Part shown: one piece after another, positions 62,420 to 64,000 of the stretch
Position numbering within the stretch: position 1 is the stretch's first letter
Layout of the letters: each line of letters starts with the position of its first letter
Assembly (NCBI RefSeq): GCF_964204645.1
Contig: NC_134033.1
Location: 15,074,655 to 15,138,654 of the forward strand
Length of the DNA stretch: 64,000 bases
Direction: 5' to 3'
DNA from: Tubulanus polymorphus
Taxonomy: Eukaryota; Animalia; Nemertea
Position numbers and translations under genes: made by a program
Notes under the pieces: model-generated
Databases searched by the model: none
What the model saw: only the letters and a program-made list of their open reading frames with translations
Told to the model about the DNA's origin: nothing

Positions 62420-62860
62420 TTCTAAACATCACTACTCTCTTAGTTTTGAAAATGGCTCATAGAATTGAATCTAAACGTCACTACTCTCTTAGTTTTGAAA
62501 ATGGCTCATAGAATTGAATCTAAACGTCACTACTCTCTTAGTTTTGAAAATGTCTCATAGAATCGAGTCTAAACGTCACTACTCCATTAGTTTTGAAAAT
62601 GTCTTATAGAATTGAGTCTAAACGCCACTCTACTCTCTTAGATTTACAAAAGGGCTCACTGGATTGAGTCGAAACCAGTACTCTTAGTTTTTCAAAAAGG
62701 CTCGGATTGAGTCTAAACGTCATTATTCTCCCAGTTTTGAAAAAGTCTCATAGAATTGAGTCTAAACGTCACTATTCTCTTAGTTTTGAAAATGTCTCAT
62801 AGAATTGAGTCTAAACGTCATTACTCACATATTTTCAAAAATACTGTATAGAGTTATTAC
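62420..62860. repeat. 49-bp minisatellite
   Basis: unit tctaaacgtcactactctcttagttttgaaaatggctcatagaattgaa; related fragment at about 29760-29840. Confidence 0.92.
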
Positions 62861-63229
62861 CTCACAAATCTCTCAGTTTATTTTTCATGATTGAGGCGTG
62901 TTCATACGAAGGTGTCATATATCCAGCTACCTTCCGACGACAGCGAGAGGGGGTGTCTTATACCAAGTCCCCTGTGACGGTAAGCACGTAGGAGGGGGTG
63001 TCTTATACCTAGCCCCCCTGTAACGGTAAGCACGGAGGAGGGGGTGTCATATCGCTATATCTATTCGGAGTAGGTAGAGAGGGTCTTATGTTACATCTGA
63101 GTGCGAAGATACCCGCGAGACAATAGAAATACAATCATGACTTATATATTCCTAGATGTCGTCTACAATATCTGCTATACATGAGATCGCAGTTTCAGTT
63201 TTGAAATGAACTTCACGACGCTTTGTTAA

Positions 63230-63512
63230 CCCTTTCAGTGCTGACTTATTAATACCCTGTATAGTGCTGGAGATAATTTGAAAATTTTAAAAAATTCCAC
63301 CCTAGTGTGTTGAATAATGGGAATACCGCTATAGTGCGTCTACACCGCGGCGCGGTGTATCGTTAGTTACTAATATTTCACTATGTTTGACTGATGCTGC
63401 CATTTTTCAAGAGAGATAATTACTAATTACATCAATACACCGCAGTGCGATGTACTAGCAAAATCCATCACTGATTTATACACCGCACTGTGGTGTAGAC
63501 GCACTGAAAGGG
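63230..63512. mobile_element. piggyBac-type MITE, intact
   Basis: TIR ccctttcagtgc / gcactgaaaggg flanked by TTAA on both sides. Confidence 0.85.
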
Positions 63513-63611
63513 TTAATACAATTGCACGACTACCTCGGGAAGTCCTCGCTACATCTCGGGCGACTTGTCTGAGTCGACAGGATTGGGATAATCAGTCCGC
63601 GAGGGTCTCTA

Positions 63612-63826
63612 TGTATCACTAGTGGTATCAGGCAGGTATCACTAGCCGTATCAGGCAGGTATCACTAGCGGTATCAGGCAGGTATCACTAGCGGTATCAG
63701 GAAGGTATCACTAGCGGTATCAGGCAGGTATCACTAGCGGTATCAGGCAGGTATCACTAGCGGTATCAGGCAGGTATCACTAGTGGTATCAGGCAGGTAT
63801 CACTAGCGGTATCAGGAAGGTATCAA
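63612..63826. repeat. 23-bp minisatellite
   Basis: unit ggtatcactagcggtatcaggca. Confidence 0.95.
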
Positions 63827-64000
63827 CGTCTATTTCGTTAATGATATTTTTCCGCTTTAATTAACTATGCTGTAGTAACGTTGAGGAGGCGCGCGACGAG
63901 GCAGTCACTGCTGCCTACAGGTATTAATTATACCAATCACTCGAGCAAATTCATCTGACGCAGAACGATCTGACAACTTCGTTCGTCTGCCAGTCTGTTG

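Noticed and set aside
38446-64000. L27 domain exons of the SAP97/S97-type N-terminus
   Set aside because: No recognisable L27 peptide found by eye; probably upstream of the window. An HMM search (L27_1) would settle it.
1-64000. Autonomous transposase or reverse transcriptase genes
   Set aside because: No long ORF or catalytic motif seen; only non-autonomous elements

Overview
Eukaryotic (bilaterian invertebrate-type; species not determinable from the window) intron-rich genomic DNA. Almost all of it is one minus-strand gene, the Discs large MAGUK scaffold (dlg1; PSD-95/SAP97 family). I traced GT-AG exons in continuous phase from 32591 to the stop at 1101, encoding PDZ1-PDZ2-PDZ3-SH3-HOOK-GUK and ending ...WVPAKEKL*. 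No L27 exons were recognised; if they exist they lie beyond 64000. Most supplied ORFs are spurious (repeats or intron read-through). The notable layer is isoform architecture. There are several candidate ATG-initiated alternative first exons whose donor phase fits the downstream exon, two of them inside the PDZ2-PDZ3 intron (predicting PDZ3-SH3-GUK-only proteins). There is also a run of symmetric micro/cassette exons, a 13-copy tandem amplification of the PDZ1 exon end plus its 5' splice site, and a 27-nt identical tract shared by PDZ1 and PDZ2. CTCF-like and RFX X-box motifs recur. Introns carry many MITEs (piggyBac-type TTAA; PIF/Harbinger-type TAA and CWG, several nested), tRNA-derived repeats and minisatellites. 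All isoform calls come from sequence alone and need transcript data.
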